Numbered from the stretch's first letter, positions 12,230 through 25,985 are shown. The stretch is DNA of 64,000 nucleotides from Octopus sinensis (GCF_006345805.1 NC_043005.1:55180001-55244000); one strand, 5' to 3'. A program made the numbers and translations. Notes: a model not told the origin generated them from the letters alone.

Positions 12230-12953
12230 CTGGCTGTGTGGTAAGATGCTGGCTTCTCAACAATGTGGTCTTTGGTTCAGTCCCACTGCACAGCACTTTG
12301 GACAAGTATCTTCCACCATAGCCCCAGGATGATCAAAGCCTTGTGAGTAGATTTGGTAGATAGAAACTGAAAGAAGCTCATTGTATATATATATATATAT
12401 AAATGTGTGCATGTCCTTGTGTTTGTGCTTCTCCCCAGCTACCACTTGACACCTGTTGTTGGTTTGTTTACATTCCTGTAACTTAGCAGTTTGGCCAAAC
12501 GAGACCAAAAGATTAAGTACTAGGCTTTAAAATAAGTTCTAGGGTTGATTTGTTTGACTAAAACCCTTCAAGGCAACACCTCCGCATGGCCGCAGTCCAA
12601 AGACTGAAACAAGTTAAAAGTAAGTAATATAGATGACCATGTAGTACGAAGTTTGCCTCCCAACCACGTGGTTCTGGGTTCAGTCCTACTGTGTGGCACC
12701 TTGAGCAAGTGTGTTCTATTACTGTCTCAGCTGACCAAAGCCTTGTGAGTGGATTTGGTTGACAGAATCTGAAAGAAACCCATCATATATGTCTGTGTTT
12801 GTGTCTTTGTGATTGTTTATCTCTCCATCACTTAGTGGTTCAGCAAAAGAGACTGATAGAATAAGTACTGGGTTGATTCATTTGACTAAAATTCTTCAAG
12901 GCAGTGCCCCAGTATGGCCACAGTCTAATGATTGAAACAAATAAAAGATATAA
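12230..12953 (+). mobile_element. Two family A SINEs head-to-tail (about 12230-12628 and 12635-12953)
   Basis: Both show the head, ccaaagccttgtgagt..gatttgg core and tgaaacaa tail. Confidence 0.85.
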
Positions 12954-13793
12954 GTGATTTATTGATGGACTTTATCTGGTGTCTGTGTGGTAACACTAAT
13001 CAGATTAAAAGAACTTAGTATTTTCAGAATTTTAGTTTTTACTTTTCTATTTAATTTCCGACACTCTAAGTATCAACTAATTGAAACAGAATGGCAGTAA
13101 AATTAAATTAAGAATAGAAATGACCATGTTGAAAATCTGTATGGCTGAAGAAGAAAATAAATCAATTAAAAAAAGCATCTGAGAATCAATGAACACCGTT
13201 AGAGTTAGTGTTTCCATTCATAATAAACTGACTGAATCAAATCTTTTCACTCTATCATTAAATAGTCTATATGAGTGTATATTCTCTTAGCTATATGCAA
13301 CTTCAAAGCTCAGTGAGAAAGCCTCTATATGGTCGCTTCACATGCTAGGCATAGCAGCCAGATTTTTTTCCTCGAATCACATGTTACTGTCTCAGCATGG
13401 GTCACATTTGCTAATGTGGTCTTGAGTGCAGTGTGCTTGAGAAAGAAAGAAAAAAAAAGGTGGAGTGGTCATGTCTGGAATGTCAGAATACCTTTATCAG
13501 GAGTGGCATGAACCTAAGCAATAACAACCACCATCATCATCATCATCATTATTGTATATTAGTTTTCCATGCTGACACAGGTTGGCTGGCTTATCATGAG
13601 TTACCGTGTTACCTCCTATCTGGAATTACTGACAAGTTGGGGAGCCACATCTCACTCATACATTGTATCTAGTGTGACTTCTACAGCACTGTGCCCTTTG
13701 TAACACCAATTATTTTATTGTGGCATCATTGCTCTAAAGATTACCAAGTCTCTGGCGAGACAGATGAGTCCTTTCTAGCTTATGTTGTCTCCT

Positions 13794-13889
13794 TTAACCC
13801 ATGAAAGAGGCCAAATTTGGCTGGTTTGAACTTAAAACAGGTAGGATATTTGGGCTAAGATATGGCAGATTTAAAGTCTAAGGGGTTAA
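13794..13889. mobile_element. Internally deleted TTAA-flanked MITE
   Basis: ttaaccc...ggggttaa ends; interior is the reverse complement of the left part of the 19947-20173 element. Confidence 0.55.
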
Positions 13890-14559
13890 CTTGCTAACCA
13901 TTCTGTGTGGCATAATCAATGCAGCTTATCATGGCACAAGCATTAGAGAGGTCCTCTTGTCTTCATTCAATACAGACATGACCAAAGAGATGAATAGAAG
14001 AAAGTATATGAATGTGATAGGGGAAGCATAGTTAATTGGGTGTTAGAGGAGGGAGCAATGGAAGAGAGACAGTGATGGGCAGCTACATGATGGAGATGAC
14101 AGGAGGAGAAATAGAAGTGGAGGTGAGTGATGGAAGTTAACGCTGAGTAGAGTGATATGTGTCAGTGAAGAAAGATAGAAGAGTGAAGGATTGAAGAATA
14201 GCAATAAAGATGGGTGATGCTAAGAGAGAGAGTGATGAATGATGATATGGTGGGAAAGGGAATGAAGGCTAGCCATCCTTTGTTATACAGTCATCATAAC
14301 AGTAGAAATGTAGGATGACAAAGGTGATGGCAGAAAGGATTGACTTTTGATAGATCCAGTGCCATTATTCATTACTCAGATGATGCAGTGAATAACTGTG
14401 GTGAGATTAACAGTTCAGAGCATAATAAAGATTGCAGTTTTAATAGGAATATAATTAATATAATGAACAAGGACTTAAATGTAGAAATATTATCCTAACC
14501 TCCCTCACCACCACCACCATGCATCATTATAATGATTGTTTTCCCTGTGGTTGTATTTA

Positions 14560-15975
14560 AGAGTATCACATTGCCCCTCGTCATTGTTCTATGTGACTCT
14601 TTCATGAAATTTGGCTTCCTGAGATCAGCCATCACCATTTTGGCCTATGACTTTCTGAGTCTTCTTCTACCGGTTCCATGTTCTTTGAGCACTCAGAACA
14701 TCTTTACACATCTGATATACTCCAAATGTATCACACATCCATACCAGCACAGTCTTCTCTCTCTCTCTCTCTCACTTTTGTACATTGTAATTCCTTCCTC
14801 ATTGCCAGTTTTTTTCTTCTCTATTCCTTTCTACACGGTTGTTCATAAAAGCTCACATCACATATCTTGCAGGTCTTACTTCATTTCTTCCTATTTCTTT
14901 CTTGCTGTCTCAGTTTCCAACATTTCACGACTTAAATTTATGCTACTATACAGCATTGCAGTTCATCATCCAGTTACCCCTTAACTCTGAGAGAAATCCT
15001 TTGCTATCACCAGAGGTAATGATTCCTTGAACTCTTTCCACCCTGTTCTTACTCTAGCCCCTATGCCATTGATACACCCACCTCAAGAGCCATCTTAGCA
15101 GCATTATAGGCTCCTGGGCAAATCAGTGCACTGGGCCTTATAGTATTTATTTATCAACAGTAAGCCACAACATATATAGATCAAGATTGGGTCAAGACAG
15201 TACTGCCTGTCTCTTCTCTAAGCTTGATCGCCTAGATAACAAAAGTCATCAACCACTTCTCGTGAGCCTCCCTAGCATTTGAAGGACTTCATTTTATGTG
15301 TATTCATATTGCTAACTACACCTGTGCGTCTGCCATATATGATATCATTTTTTCCTCTGTTAGTCTACCTGTGATGTCATTACATCTCATCTGAGCCCAT
15401 GCTTTATACTGGGTACACCATATAGAATTTCTATCTGCTCCTTTCCTGCAGACAAAACACAACCATTTCCCTGTTTGATAACAGTCTTTTCTTTCTTCTG
15501 TCTGTTCAGTTTACTCTTGATTCTAGATTTTGCTTCCCTGCATGGAATTTCTTTGAGTCTTCTTCAGATCTGGCTACAAGAACTAAATCGCCAGCATATA
15601 GGTTCCCATGGACAACTGATCTTAAACTCCTATGTTGTAGCCTGGAGAACAATAATGAACTGGAACATGCTAAGGACTGAACACTGGCAAACCCCTAGCT
15701 ACATAGTGTGTTTATTGAACTCCTCCCTAGCTCTCACCTTGGAGATGGCACTCCTGTACATGGCTTGTATAGTTGTCACAAGCCATTTGTCTATCCCTAG
15801 TTTTCTTAGTGACCACCAGGCTGCACATTATGGAATCCTGTCAAACTCTTCTCCAGGCTGTTGAATGTGACCTATCGGGCTTTACCCCTTGATAAGTACT
15901 TCTGCATATAAATCCTTCTGGCATAAAACCGGACTGCATCTCATCTGGGGGGATTTATTTTGCTCCTAATCAATT
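14560..15975 (-). mobile_element. Decayed RTE-clade LINE: RT, Cys-rich insert, thumb and C-terminus
   Basis: Minus-strand translation with stops and frameshifts: DEMQSGFMP...WWSLRKLGIDKWLVTTIQAMYRSAISKVR...GVCQCSVLSMFQFIIVLQA...CPWE-LYAGDLVLVA (15587-15598)...GKWLCFVCRKGADRNSIWC...EVVDDFCYLGDQ...ARVRTGWKEFKE...RRLCWYG. Confidence 0.9.
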
Positions 15976-17248
15976 GTGCTACAAACTCTTTCACACATTG
16001 ACCTATCAATATTATTCTCAACCAACACACACGCATATGTATGAGCACCCACACACACACCTAACCACTTTTGTAATTATTTCGCTGGCTGTTATTTCTG
16101 CGGTATACCTCACTGCATTCATGTCCCCACAAGGCTGCACATTAAACCATCATGCAAACTTTTTCTCCTCTTCAGATATTACCGTTTAATCTATAATAAA
16201 GAGAGAGGCAGGGGAATAGAAAGCCTAACCTTGAACTAATCCAATTTGTACTAATCTAACCAAAACTAATTCTTCGCTCCTCTTCTCTTCCCAGTGAGTC
16301 GAGTCTGCGTGGTTTGTATACCAACCCGGACTTGTCAATCCTTGGAAATTCATCCATCCTAAATGTGTAGACTAAAATCTTATTAGTAACTAATACTTAA
16401 TACTTTGATCAATTTTACACAGACACACTCTTAATTCGATAAATATTTTCAAACTAGGTATTAGTAACACTCTACATAGGCTATTTATATAAATTGTATG
16501 CAATAAGTATTTTCCCAAAATTGATTTTTTACCCTTTACAGTGTTAATTTAAAGGGAGACAACTTATTGTTTACCAAATAAGTTTATAATTATATAATTC
16601 AAGCCCATCGCGAAACATCCTATCATCAACTAACAATAGTCAGTGTTGTTTGTTTATAGCTATAAACTTACTTGTCAGTCTCTATTATTTCTTTTAATTC
16701 TGACTATACTAATAATGACTATCAGCTGTTTTAATTTAACGTTTTTGAGAAAAAAAAAAAAAAAGAATTAACTTTTAATGAATCGGCTTTTAAGGAGGTT
16801 TCATAAAAATGAGTTTCTTTAGTAGACTGTCATGAGTTTGAGCTGTAAGCCTTCATATTGTCTCAAATATATTTTAAATCGTATCTCATATGATGTCAGG
16901 TAATGTATTTTTATTTATTTATTTATTTTTTGTTTTTTTTTTTGTTTTTTTTTTCCATATCATCAACAGCTTTTTTCTTTTTGTATTTCTCTCTGAATCA
17001 TTGATAACCTCCTGTTGATTATTCATCCCCTTCTACCACATCTATTTTTAGATGGTATTTCATTGTTATTCTACTGCATTCTTTATGCCTCTGTCTGTCA
17101 GCATGTCTGTATGTATCTAACATTTTATCTGCTTATTTATTTTCCTATCAATGTATCTGCCTATTCATCTTTCTATTTACCCATCTAACATGTCCATCTA
17201 TTTATTTGGTTATCTGTCTATTCATCTATTATCTATCTATTTATGTCT

Positions 17249-17279
<31 letters not shown>

Positions 17280-17371
17280 TATCCTTTTATCTATACACCC
17301 ATCTGTCTATCCATTCGTCAGTCTGTCAATCTAGCTGTCAGTCAGTCTATCTGTTTCTTTCTATCTTCTCT

Positions 17372-17402
<31 letters not shown>

Positions 17403-17404
17403 CT

Positions 17405-17614
17405 ATTTTACTCTTTTACTTGTTTCAGTCATTTGATTGTGGCCCTGCTGGAGCACCGCCTTTAGTTGAGCAAATTAACCCCAGGACTTATTCTTTGTAA
17501 GCCTGGTACTTATTCTATGTCTCTTTTGCTGAACCGCTAAGTTACGGGGACGTAAACACACCACCATCGGTTGTCAAGTGATGTTGGGGGTCAAACACAG
17601 ACACACAAACATAT

Positions 17615-17645
<31 letters not shown>

Positions 17646-17816
17646 CACACACACAATGGGCTTCTTTCAGTTTCCGTCTGCCAAATCCACTCACAAGGCT
17701 TTGGTCGGCCCGAGGCTATAGTAGAAGACACTTGCCCAAGGTGCCATACAGTGGGACTGAACCCACAACCATGTGGTTGGAAAGCAAGCTACTTACCACA
17801 CAGCCACTCCTGTGCC
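17405..17816 (-). mobile_element. SINE family A, well preserved
   Basis: Full tail-to-head reverse complement with CpGs retained. Confidence 0.92.
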
Positions 17817-17907
17817 TATTATATACACATCCATGAATCTATCTATTTATCTGTCTATCTGTCAGTCTATTTGTCTGTCTATCTACCTATCTCTCTCTCT
17901 CTATCTA

Positions 17908-17971
<64 letters not shown>

Positions 17972-18059
17972 AAAAATATCCATCCATCCATTCATGCAAC
18001 TATCATTTTATGGTTGTCCTTGCTGAGCATTCCTAAATCTGCTGGCTCGCAGGTGCTGC

Positions 18060-18232
18060 TGCTGCATAAAAGCACCCAGTACATTCTGTAAAGTGGTTGG
18101 CATGAGGAAACCATGCCATAATAGACATTGAGCCTAGACAGCTCTGTAGCTGGCCAGCTCCTGTCAATCCATCCAACCTATGCCATTGTCCATGGACAAT
18201 GGACGTTAAATGATGATCATGATGATGATGAT
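18060..18232 (+). mobile_element. RTE-type 3' end fragment (family D)
   Basis: gtggttggcatgagg...ggacgttaaatgatgatcatgatgatg tail. Confidence 0.7.
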
Positions 18233-18559
18233 CCATCCATCTATCCATCTATTTATCCATCCATGCATCTGTCTGTCTATCCATTCATTTGACCATCTGT
18301 ATAGCTGTCTGTCCTTCTCATATATATATATTGCATTTCTAAGTCTCAGAGAGACTTATACAGTAGCAGCACAATAAAGTACCAAAGAAAAGGATAGGAC
18401 ATTCATGACTCAAATATTTTTGATTGTAGATTCTACTAATTCATATCTGACACCACCACCACCTCTTTGCATGTACCTTATATCAACACTACTACTACCG
18501 TACATGTACTTTATTTGAAAATATCTTCCAAACTGGATAAGTTTACATTAAGTTCTAGT

Positions 18560-18841
18560 GAAGTCATATGGCTTAGTGGTTAGGGTGTGCACTTATAATC
18601 CTAAAATTGTGGTTTCAGTTCCTGGACCAGGTGGTGTATTTAAATCTTGAGCAAAACACTTCTTTTCACATTGTTCCAGTCCTCTCAGCTGCACATGAGT
18701 TCCAGCAATACCTGGGAAGTTAACCCTGTGACAGACTGGCTTCCCGTTGATTGGAGAACATTGTAATCTCACTCTGTTACTTATACACCATAGGGACTTG
18801 GGTTAAACTCTATTCTCATGAGTCTTAGAGCTCATGTCAGG
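18560..18841 (+). mobile_element. SINE family B
   Basis: tggcttagtggttaggg head, gagcaaaacactt body. Confidence 0.75.
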
Positions 18842-18879
18842 TATATGTCTAAGTAATATGTTTTGTGTTGTGTAGGACT

Positions 18880-19145
18880 AGATACAAAATAATTTTGTGT
18901 AAATGTTCCAACCACTTGTTCAATTTCTTTTCATCTTTCAAAACTGATATGTAGAATTTTCGTTTTCTTTGTGATCAGCATAATTTCAATGTCAGTATCA
19001 CATCAATCAAAGAGAATATTCTCAAGCAAGACATATTAAGACTACTCTCAGTTTGTTTGCAATCAGTTTGGTATAATTAGTATAATTATCAAATCGATAA
19101 TTCTCACTTGCTTCTTGGTCCATCTGGTTTTGAAATATAATTTCT
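18880..19145 (-). mobile_element. Possible L1/Tx1-like RT relic
   Basis: Minus translation ENYRFDNYTNYTKLIANKLRVVL resembles NYRPITLLN.DYKILAKILANRL; otherwise heavily decayed. Confidence 0.35.
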
Positions 19146-19249
19146 GTATCTACTTGCCTAAGGCTAGGTAAGAGCTTTTTGTATTTTTCTCTATAGAAAA
19201 GAATATATTTTATCTTTCTATTTTGTTATACAGGCATGTTATATACAGA

Positions 19250-19603
19250 CACAGGCATGGTTTGGTGGTTAAAATGTTTGCTTTGTAACTACTCAGTTTC
19301 AGGTTCAATACCACAGCATGATAATTTTTGCAAGTGGAGTCCTTTGGTTGACACATGCCTGTGTGAGTGAAATTTGATGACCAGAACCTGTATGGAACCT
19401 GTCATAAGCATGTGTGTATCCCCATCTGTATGTATGTTTATTTATGTCCCTTAACTAAACATTTCAACAAATAAGAAATTAGTAAAATAAGTTCCAGCCT
19501 AACTTGAAAAGATTAGCACTACATTTGATCTGATTGACTAAGCCCTCGAAGACAGTGCCCCAACATGGTCACAGCTCAATGACTGAAACCACCAAAGAGA
19601 ATA
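19250..19603 (+). mobile_element. SINE family A, old copy
   Basis: Degenerate head, core and tail. Confidence 0.7.
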
Positions 19604-19946
19604 ATGACTTGAACTGATCTTTCAAAGTTGGATATTTTTCATTGCTCTTCTGTTGAAATGTAATCACTGGGTTGACGAATTCAGGAGTGTATGGCTAGAG
19701 ATTTAGAAATTTTATTTCAGTTTCAAAAACATTGTGAAATGAATACTGATCAATTGTTTATTTACTGCAAAATTTAAAAGCAAAGAAATTTGTTCTTATG
19801 AGTTAGTTGTGAGCCTTTGTATTTGCCATCATACTGCTTAGCACCTGTAGAGATACTTTCTCTCCACCCTCCATTTAGGTACTTGTAAGATACTTAGACA
19901 AGTGACTCTTAATTTTTCTAAAACTTATACAATTTTAGATGAACGT

Positions 19947-20173
19947 TTAACTCTTCAGCATTTAACTGGACTTACCCGGTGCAGATATTCCATCTGTTTT
20001 ATGTTCAAGTGAGCCAGATCCAGCCTCTCACACCTATCTTACAATATCATTTTAAGGATAAGCAATCACATCATCAAATCTCCAAGCTCCAAGATAATGC
20101 ATGGTTAATTGATAACAATATGAATAAATAAGTATTATATTTGGTAGGGCAATCTGAATGCTAAAAGGGTTAA
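19947..20173. mobile_element. TTAA-flanked MITE (piggyBac-like)
   Basis: TTAA-ctcttcagcatt ... aatgctaaaaggg-TTAA; related copies at about 42295-42500 and 13794-13889. Confidence 0.75.
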
Positions 20174-22734
20174 TGCATAGGAAAATAGATGAGCATAATC
20201 CCAAGAGGTGATAAGCCTGGTACAAGGTTAGGATGGAAAATTCATTACTTGCAGGAAAGGAAATTTTCTTTTCTTTTTAAATAGAAAATAGTTACAACAA
20301 ATATACAAGGCATATCTCAACTTATACCACTAATTGGTTTTAAGACAGGCAACTTAACTTGAAAGACAAAGTAACGCACAAGACATTTTAGAAAGATTTA
20401 TTAGCTTATATCCGTTTTAATAAATGGTTTGTGCATATTTTCACACGTATTTGATTTGATTTTCCACTTCAGTGTTGGATTTCAGGTGTTTTTAAACAGC
20501 ATGCCTTTAAATATGTTCACTGAGAGACCAGCATAAAGTTGGATAAATTGACAGAAGTTGAGGCTTATTTTCCATGTTTAATTTCTTGAATAGTGGCAGG
20601 GTGGGGTGGAAATAAAGGGAGACATAAAGTCAGAAAAGAATTAACTCAAAACGACATAAATTGAGGTGTGCTTGCACATCAAAATTGTGTCTTCAGTCAT
20701 TTGTGAAAGATTAATGATTTATTTATATGCCTGTATTACATTCAGGTTTCCTTAAAACAATGAATTGCAAAAATGTATTTTTGCAAATTGCTGAGGCTTG
20801 AATACAAGATGTAGCTTATAATATTTTGCTGTTATGAAGATCTGTTTTATTTGGGTATTGTTGTACATTTTCTTTTTCTTGTATTAAAAGTTTAGGTGTG
20901 TGTGCGCATGCATGTGTGTGTTAATAAAATTGTATTGATATAGCGAGAGTAGATGGTTTACTGCTTTTTAGTTGTGAGTCTTATCAATGGACTTAAACCA
21001 CACTATGAGATTTAAGCCTGAGGTTATAGACAGCTAAACATCATAGTGAAAATAAACATGATGAGCAATGGCTGTTACCAGTAAAATTAGGTTGTATAAA
21101 CAGAAAGACAACTGAAACATTGGCATAAAAACTGAGCCAAAGTTCAGTGTGAGCGTATTTCATTTTCACAAAATTTCAAAGGTTTCTGTCTGGAAGCTTA
21201 TTTGTTAATTAAAACAAGTTATTCATTGCAGCTCTGAATGTTGCTAAGTTTTCATACTACAGAGATTTCTCGTGTATCCTGTTACAATATAGCTTCTAAT
21301 TGTCTTTCATTGAGGAAACATCAGTTTGACAACTAAATGCAGTCTGTGGAAATGTAACTGTATATTTGTATCAAGTTGTCTGCTAAATCTGCTGTCAGCC
21401 AGTTCAGTTAACAAATGACATAGCTACTGCTTGTTTCATGAAATTCGCATTGAAGTCCATTCTGTTCTTCTGTGTTCAGGAAAGGAAAATAAGTTACTGA
21501 ACCTTAAAACTGATTGTCCATATGTCTAGTGCTCAGTTGTACACCAGAGACATTTCAAATAGATTATGCTGACTATGCATTTAGTTGGACCAATAACAAT
21601 ATTGCTCAGCCAGAAATGTCAGAACAGATAGAGCAATTATGCAATTTTTATTTGGTTCTTTTATTTGGTTCATAAATTATGACATATTATGATAGACTAT
21701 AACACTGGGGATTTACTACTTTATCTAATTCATTTATTGGAACATGGAGTTGACATTCAATATAGAAGAAAGAAATGGTATTATAAATGTTTGAATCATG
21801 ATGCTTGCCAAATTGCTTGTCACATGCTTGTGCTCATAAGAAATGTTTATATTGGTCAAGGAGAATTTTGAATGAACTTTTAATATTGCTAGCTGTCTGT
21901 CTGTTGTGCAACATGATAAAAATCAATCGATTTAATCTCTGATCTAATATTGACTGATTGAGAAAACTTAGGATTACTCACTTGCTCCAAGTTTTACAAA
22001 TACACTCATCATTTTCTCCTCTTTCTTAATTGTGTATTTATTAGATTATTCCTTAGAAAATCTGTTGTTTTAATGGAGTTTACTTTTATCCATAGAACAC
22101 ACACACATATATATATATAAAGAGAGACAGACAGACAAAAGAAAATTATCTAATTTTCTTCTAATAATTACAGATTCCAATTCCTTCAGACTACTTACTA
22201 ATTTCAGGAATATTTTTTCGGACTAAATTCTGATCATGTCAGAATTCTGAGAAAGCTGAAATAGAAAACAGATGGTATTAGCTAGTGGCCTAGTGGATGA
22301 GTTTTGAAATAAAAGTTCCTGGTTAGAATCTAACCGCTGTTATGTACACTTCCAGCAGTAAGACATGTAATGAAATTTAGAGTTCAAACTGATCAAATGT
22401 AGAAAAGAATGCTTTATCTCTAAAGATGAGGTAAATAATAAATTCATTATATTCTAGGAATATTTCTGAAGCTGTAGTGTCTACAGTATTGCTTAATGGT
22501 TAAGAAGTTCATTTCACAGTCATTGTAGTTTTGGGCTTTTATCAGACTACATAACATCTTAGGCAAGTATCTTTTACCATTGTCTTGAGTCAACTCAAGT
22601 CTTGCAAATGAAATTGGGCTGGCAGAAACTGTATGGAAGCCTGTTGTTTGGATTGAAATTGTAATTTACAAGACCATTCTTATCACATACTGTATCATGT
22701 TGACTTTGCTTGAGGATATACATCAATTATGTAT

Positions 22735-22900
22735 CATCATTATCATTTAACGTCCCTTTTTCCATGTTGACATGAGTTGGGCAGTTCAACATAAACAGCC
22801 GAGGTCCAATGTCTGCTTTGGTTTTCAATTTGGATGCTCTTCCTAATGCCTTTCACTTCACAAAGTGCACTGGATGCATTGATTGTAGCACCAGCACTGG
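22735..22900 (-). mobile_element. RTE-type 3' end fragment (family D)
   Basis: catcattatcatttaacgtccc...ggatgctcttcctaatgcc. Confidence 0.7.
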
Positions 22901-25900
22901 TGAGATCACCAGGCACCCACAGAACAAGACCCCTCAACTTATATTACTGAGGGATAAGGAACTAAGACAGAGGGACAGGGGTGCCTTGCTGAAGAGGTGA
23001 ATATATGGACTGTCTGGAAAAAAGAAAGAGATATGTGAGACCAAGATGAATATGCAAGACAGAGTAGGGGACAGGAACAGTAGAAGTGGATGGATACATT
23101 AGTGATGATTTGAAATATTTCCTCACATTTAATTCAATGAGTAGGTGGTTCAGTTGATTGGGCAATTGAATACTTTTCATCAAAACTACAATCCATTTTA
23201 GTACTGTTACTCAAATTATTTAAGGTGAGTGAGCTTTGCAGAAACCATCCATCTCTGAAACCCTCTTCAATTTTACAGTGTTGCCTATGCCCATAGCAGC
23301 AAGTTATTCCTATCATATGATAGTTATTTACAGTTAGATGACCTGGGCTGTGTATGGGTTACATGGCTTGGACACAAAGCAACAAGACTTACTTGACCCT
23401 TCTACAAGTAATCTAATACCCTGTTCATTCAGCCACCTGTTCTCTTCTAGAGAAGATGTTGGACCGTAGAATACAATGATAGTGGTTGAAATTGATATGG
23501 TTTACCATGTTACTATACTGATTTCATAAACTGGCAGACCTTGGAGATAAATCATGTTAAACCAATCAGCATGGCAGTTATTACTGCAATATTCAGTATA
23601 ATCTCATTACTAAGTCTAATTTACTTAACAGCACAATCTAAAAGGAAATTGCGCAATGTAATAAGATTAAAGATTTTTTTTTAAAATTAGGATGTTCATT
23701 TCTTTACTATTGTATTTTCTGCTCCAGAAATAAAATTTCATTTGAGATAATTTTTCATTTAGCTTATTTTATTTAAGAGACAAATCTTCTCCAACAGTTG
23801 TTTTGTAAATCAAATATTCTCGAAAGAATAACATTGGTATATTGGTATCCATGTGAAATAATTAATTTCATGTATGCCACTTTTGCTATATCATCCTTTG
23901 GTTTAAAAATTTAATAAAATAACAGCACACATAGGTTTTGTGTCGGAGTTGTTCAGTCTCTCAGTAATATCCATTTTTAAAAAAGCAGTTTGTCCTTTGT
24001 AACTATCTGGTGGTATTCGCTACACAATGCTCAAAAACTGAAATCTATATTCTAAACTAAGTTCAGATTACATTTTCTGAGAACGTTAACTTGAAATAAT
24101 TAAGCATTATCACTTGTGTTAGTGATATATATTCAAATGCACTTCACTCTAAACATGAATATACATGTATGTATGTGTTGTTTTCTATGTGAAGCACTCA
24201 TGTTCAATTGGCCTTTCTGAATAGAAACAATTTCAGGATAGTTACATCTCAACTACCAACTACATCAGTTGCATGACATTGAATGAAGCATTCGGATTTG
24301 TGCAATAGATAAAATTGATTTGTCATTGATTTGGCCCAAATCAATAAGTAGTCTGTTGTCACAACATAATTGTAATATTTATTAGCCATAGATGTTGTGC
24401 TCGTTGGGAATGTAGTGTTCAGCAGTAAAAACTTATACCATTTAAGGATTTTCGTAATTAATGTTCATTATCAATAGCAGACAAAATTATTTATATATTA
24501 ATCATTAAACTTTTCTTTTGTCCTTTGCTTGAAAGGATTCCCTTGTACGTTTAGTTTTATTTGTTGAGCCTTTTATGTCTCTGAAGTTGATGAGCTGATC
24601 ATGCATGAGACATTGATGCAAACGAAGTGGGAATCTATATGGTTTTATAATTCCTGTATCTGTATAGGTTAGGAAAGAAGATAATCTTATGATAAGATGT
24701 CACTTTTTAAATTTCAGCAAGAGTTTGGTAATTTCACAAATAACGAACATTTATAATAAGATGAAGTTGTATGATTCTTTGGAATCTCTAAGTATGGTAA
24801 CGTATTTCTGTTGATCTTTTTATTGTCTAAACTGAGTAATAATCTGTATCTGTCTCGTTTATCACAAAACAGAAGATGCTTTTAGTATGAATTGGGTGTG
24901 TGAATGTGTGAGCACGAGAGCATGGACTCGTGTCTTTTTGCATGTTATTCCGTGCACGAGAGAAAAAAGGAAAAGAAATCGGTTATAAACTATTCAAATT
25001 AATAAAACTAATTATTAGCTTAACATCTATTTGAAATTTAACTATATGTTTCAGTCTTAAAGCTGTAGCTGTTATTAAATTTTATTTCTACTTTAGTTGG
25101 CCACATCTACTAAATAAAACAAAAAAACAACAAAAAATTTTAAATAACTCTAAAAACATTAAGCAAAGCTGCAAGAATTTCCTTTCATTCCATTTATATG
25201 TGCCACTGGCACATGGAATGTTTAAAAAAAAAGAAAAAAAAGGAAAAATCAGTCATGACAGCTACTTTATGACATTGCTCTATATTTCAGGCGATGCCAA
25301 GTATGCATTCCCTGCCAGCATGATAAAATTGCTATTTATTTATTTATTTATTATTTATTTATTTGTTTATTTATTTTTCTTATTATCTGACTGCTAAGTT
25401 TGTGAAACACAATTCTTGATAACTTTATCCTAATAAAAACAAGACATTCACATGAATGTCTTGTGTTGTTGTTTTTTTTTTTTTGTTTTTTTTTTGTATT
25501 CGTTCACTTGAGACGACGAGGCTGTGGGCGGAGGGAAAGATAATGCATAAATAATATCAGTCTTTTGTGCAGCCCTCTCGGTATGGCGGGGGGGGGGGAA
25601 CTGAGATTACATCTGGTGGTAGTGGCAGTGGGGATTATACAAAATAAGACACTGTTCATCTCTTAAAAAAAAAAAAAAAAAAAATCTGGTATCCTTCTCA
25701 TGCAGCGACATAATAATTTAGCTGTATGCTTACATGTGATGGATGAAATTCATGAAATAGCATGTCACTACAGACTTCCTTTCAATTTATCAACTCTGTC
25801 CTACATCACCCTTTAAAAAAAAAAGGACATCATTTCATCACGTTAGTGTCAAACCCTATTGCTACTGATTCAAAGAATGCACTTTCCTATCACACTAACA

Positions 25901-25953
25901 CCATTCGCTCCAAACCTGCCTTTTGTTTTGCCCATTTGTCATTTTAAAAGAAA

Positions 25954-25985
<32 letters not shown>

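Noticed and set aside
21180-21660. Possible L1/Tx1 C-terminal relic on the plus strand (…ICCQP…)
   Set aside because: Similarity too weak to support by eye; needs a frameshift-aware HMM search.
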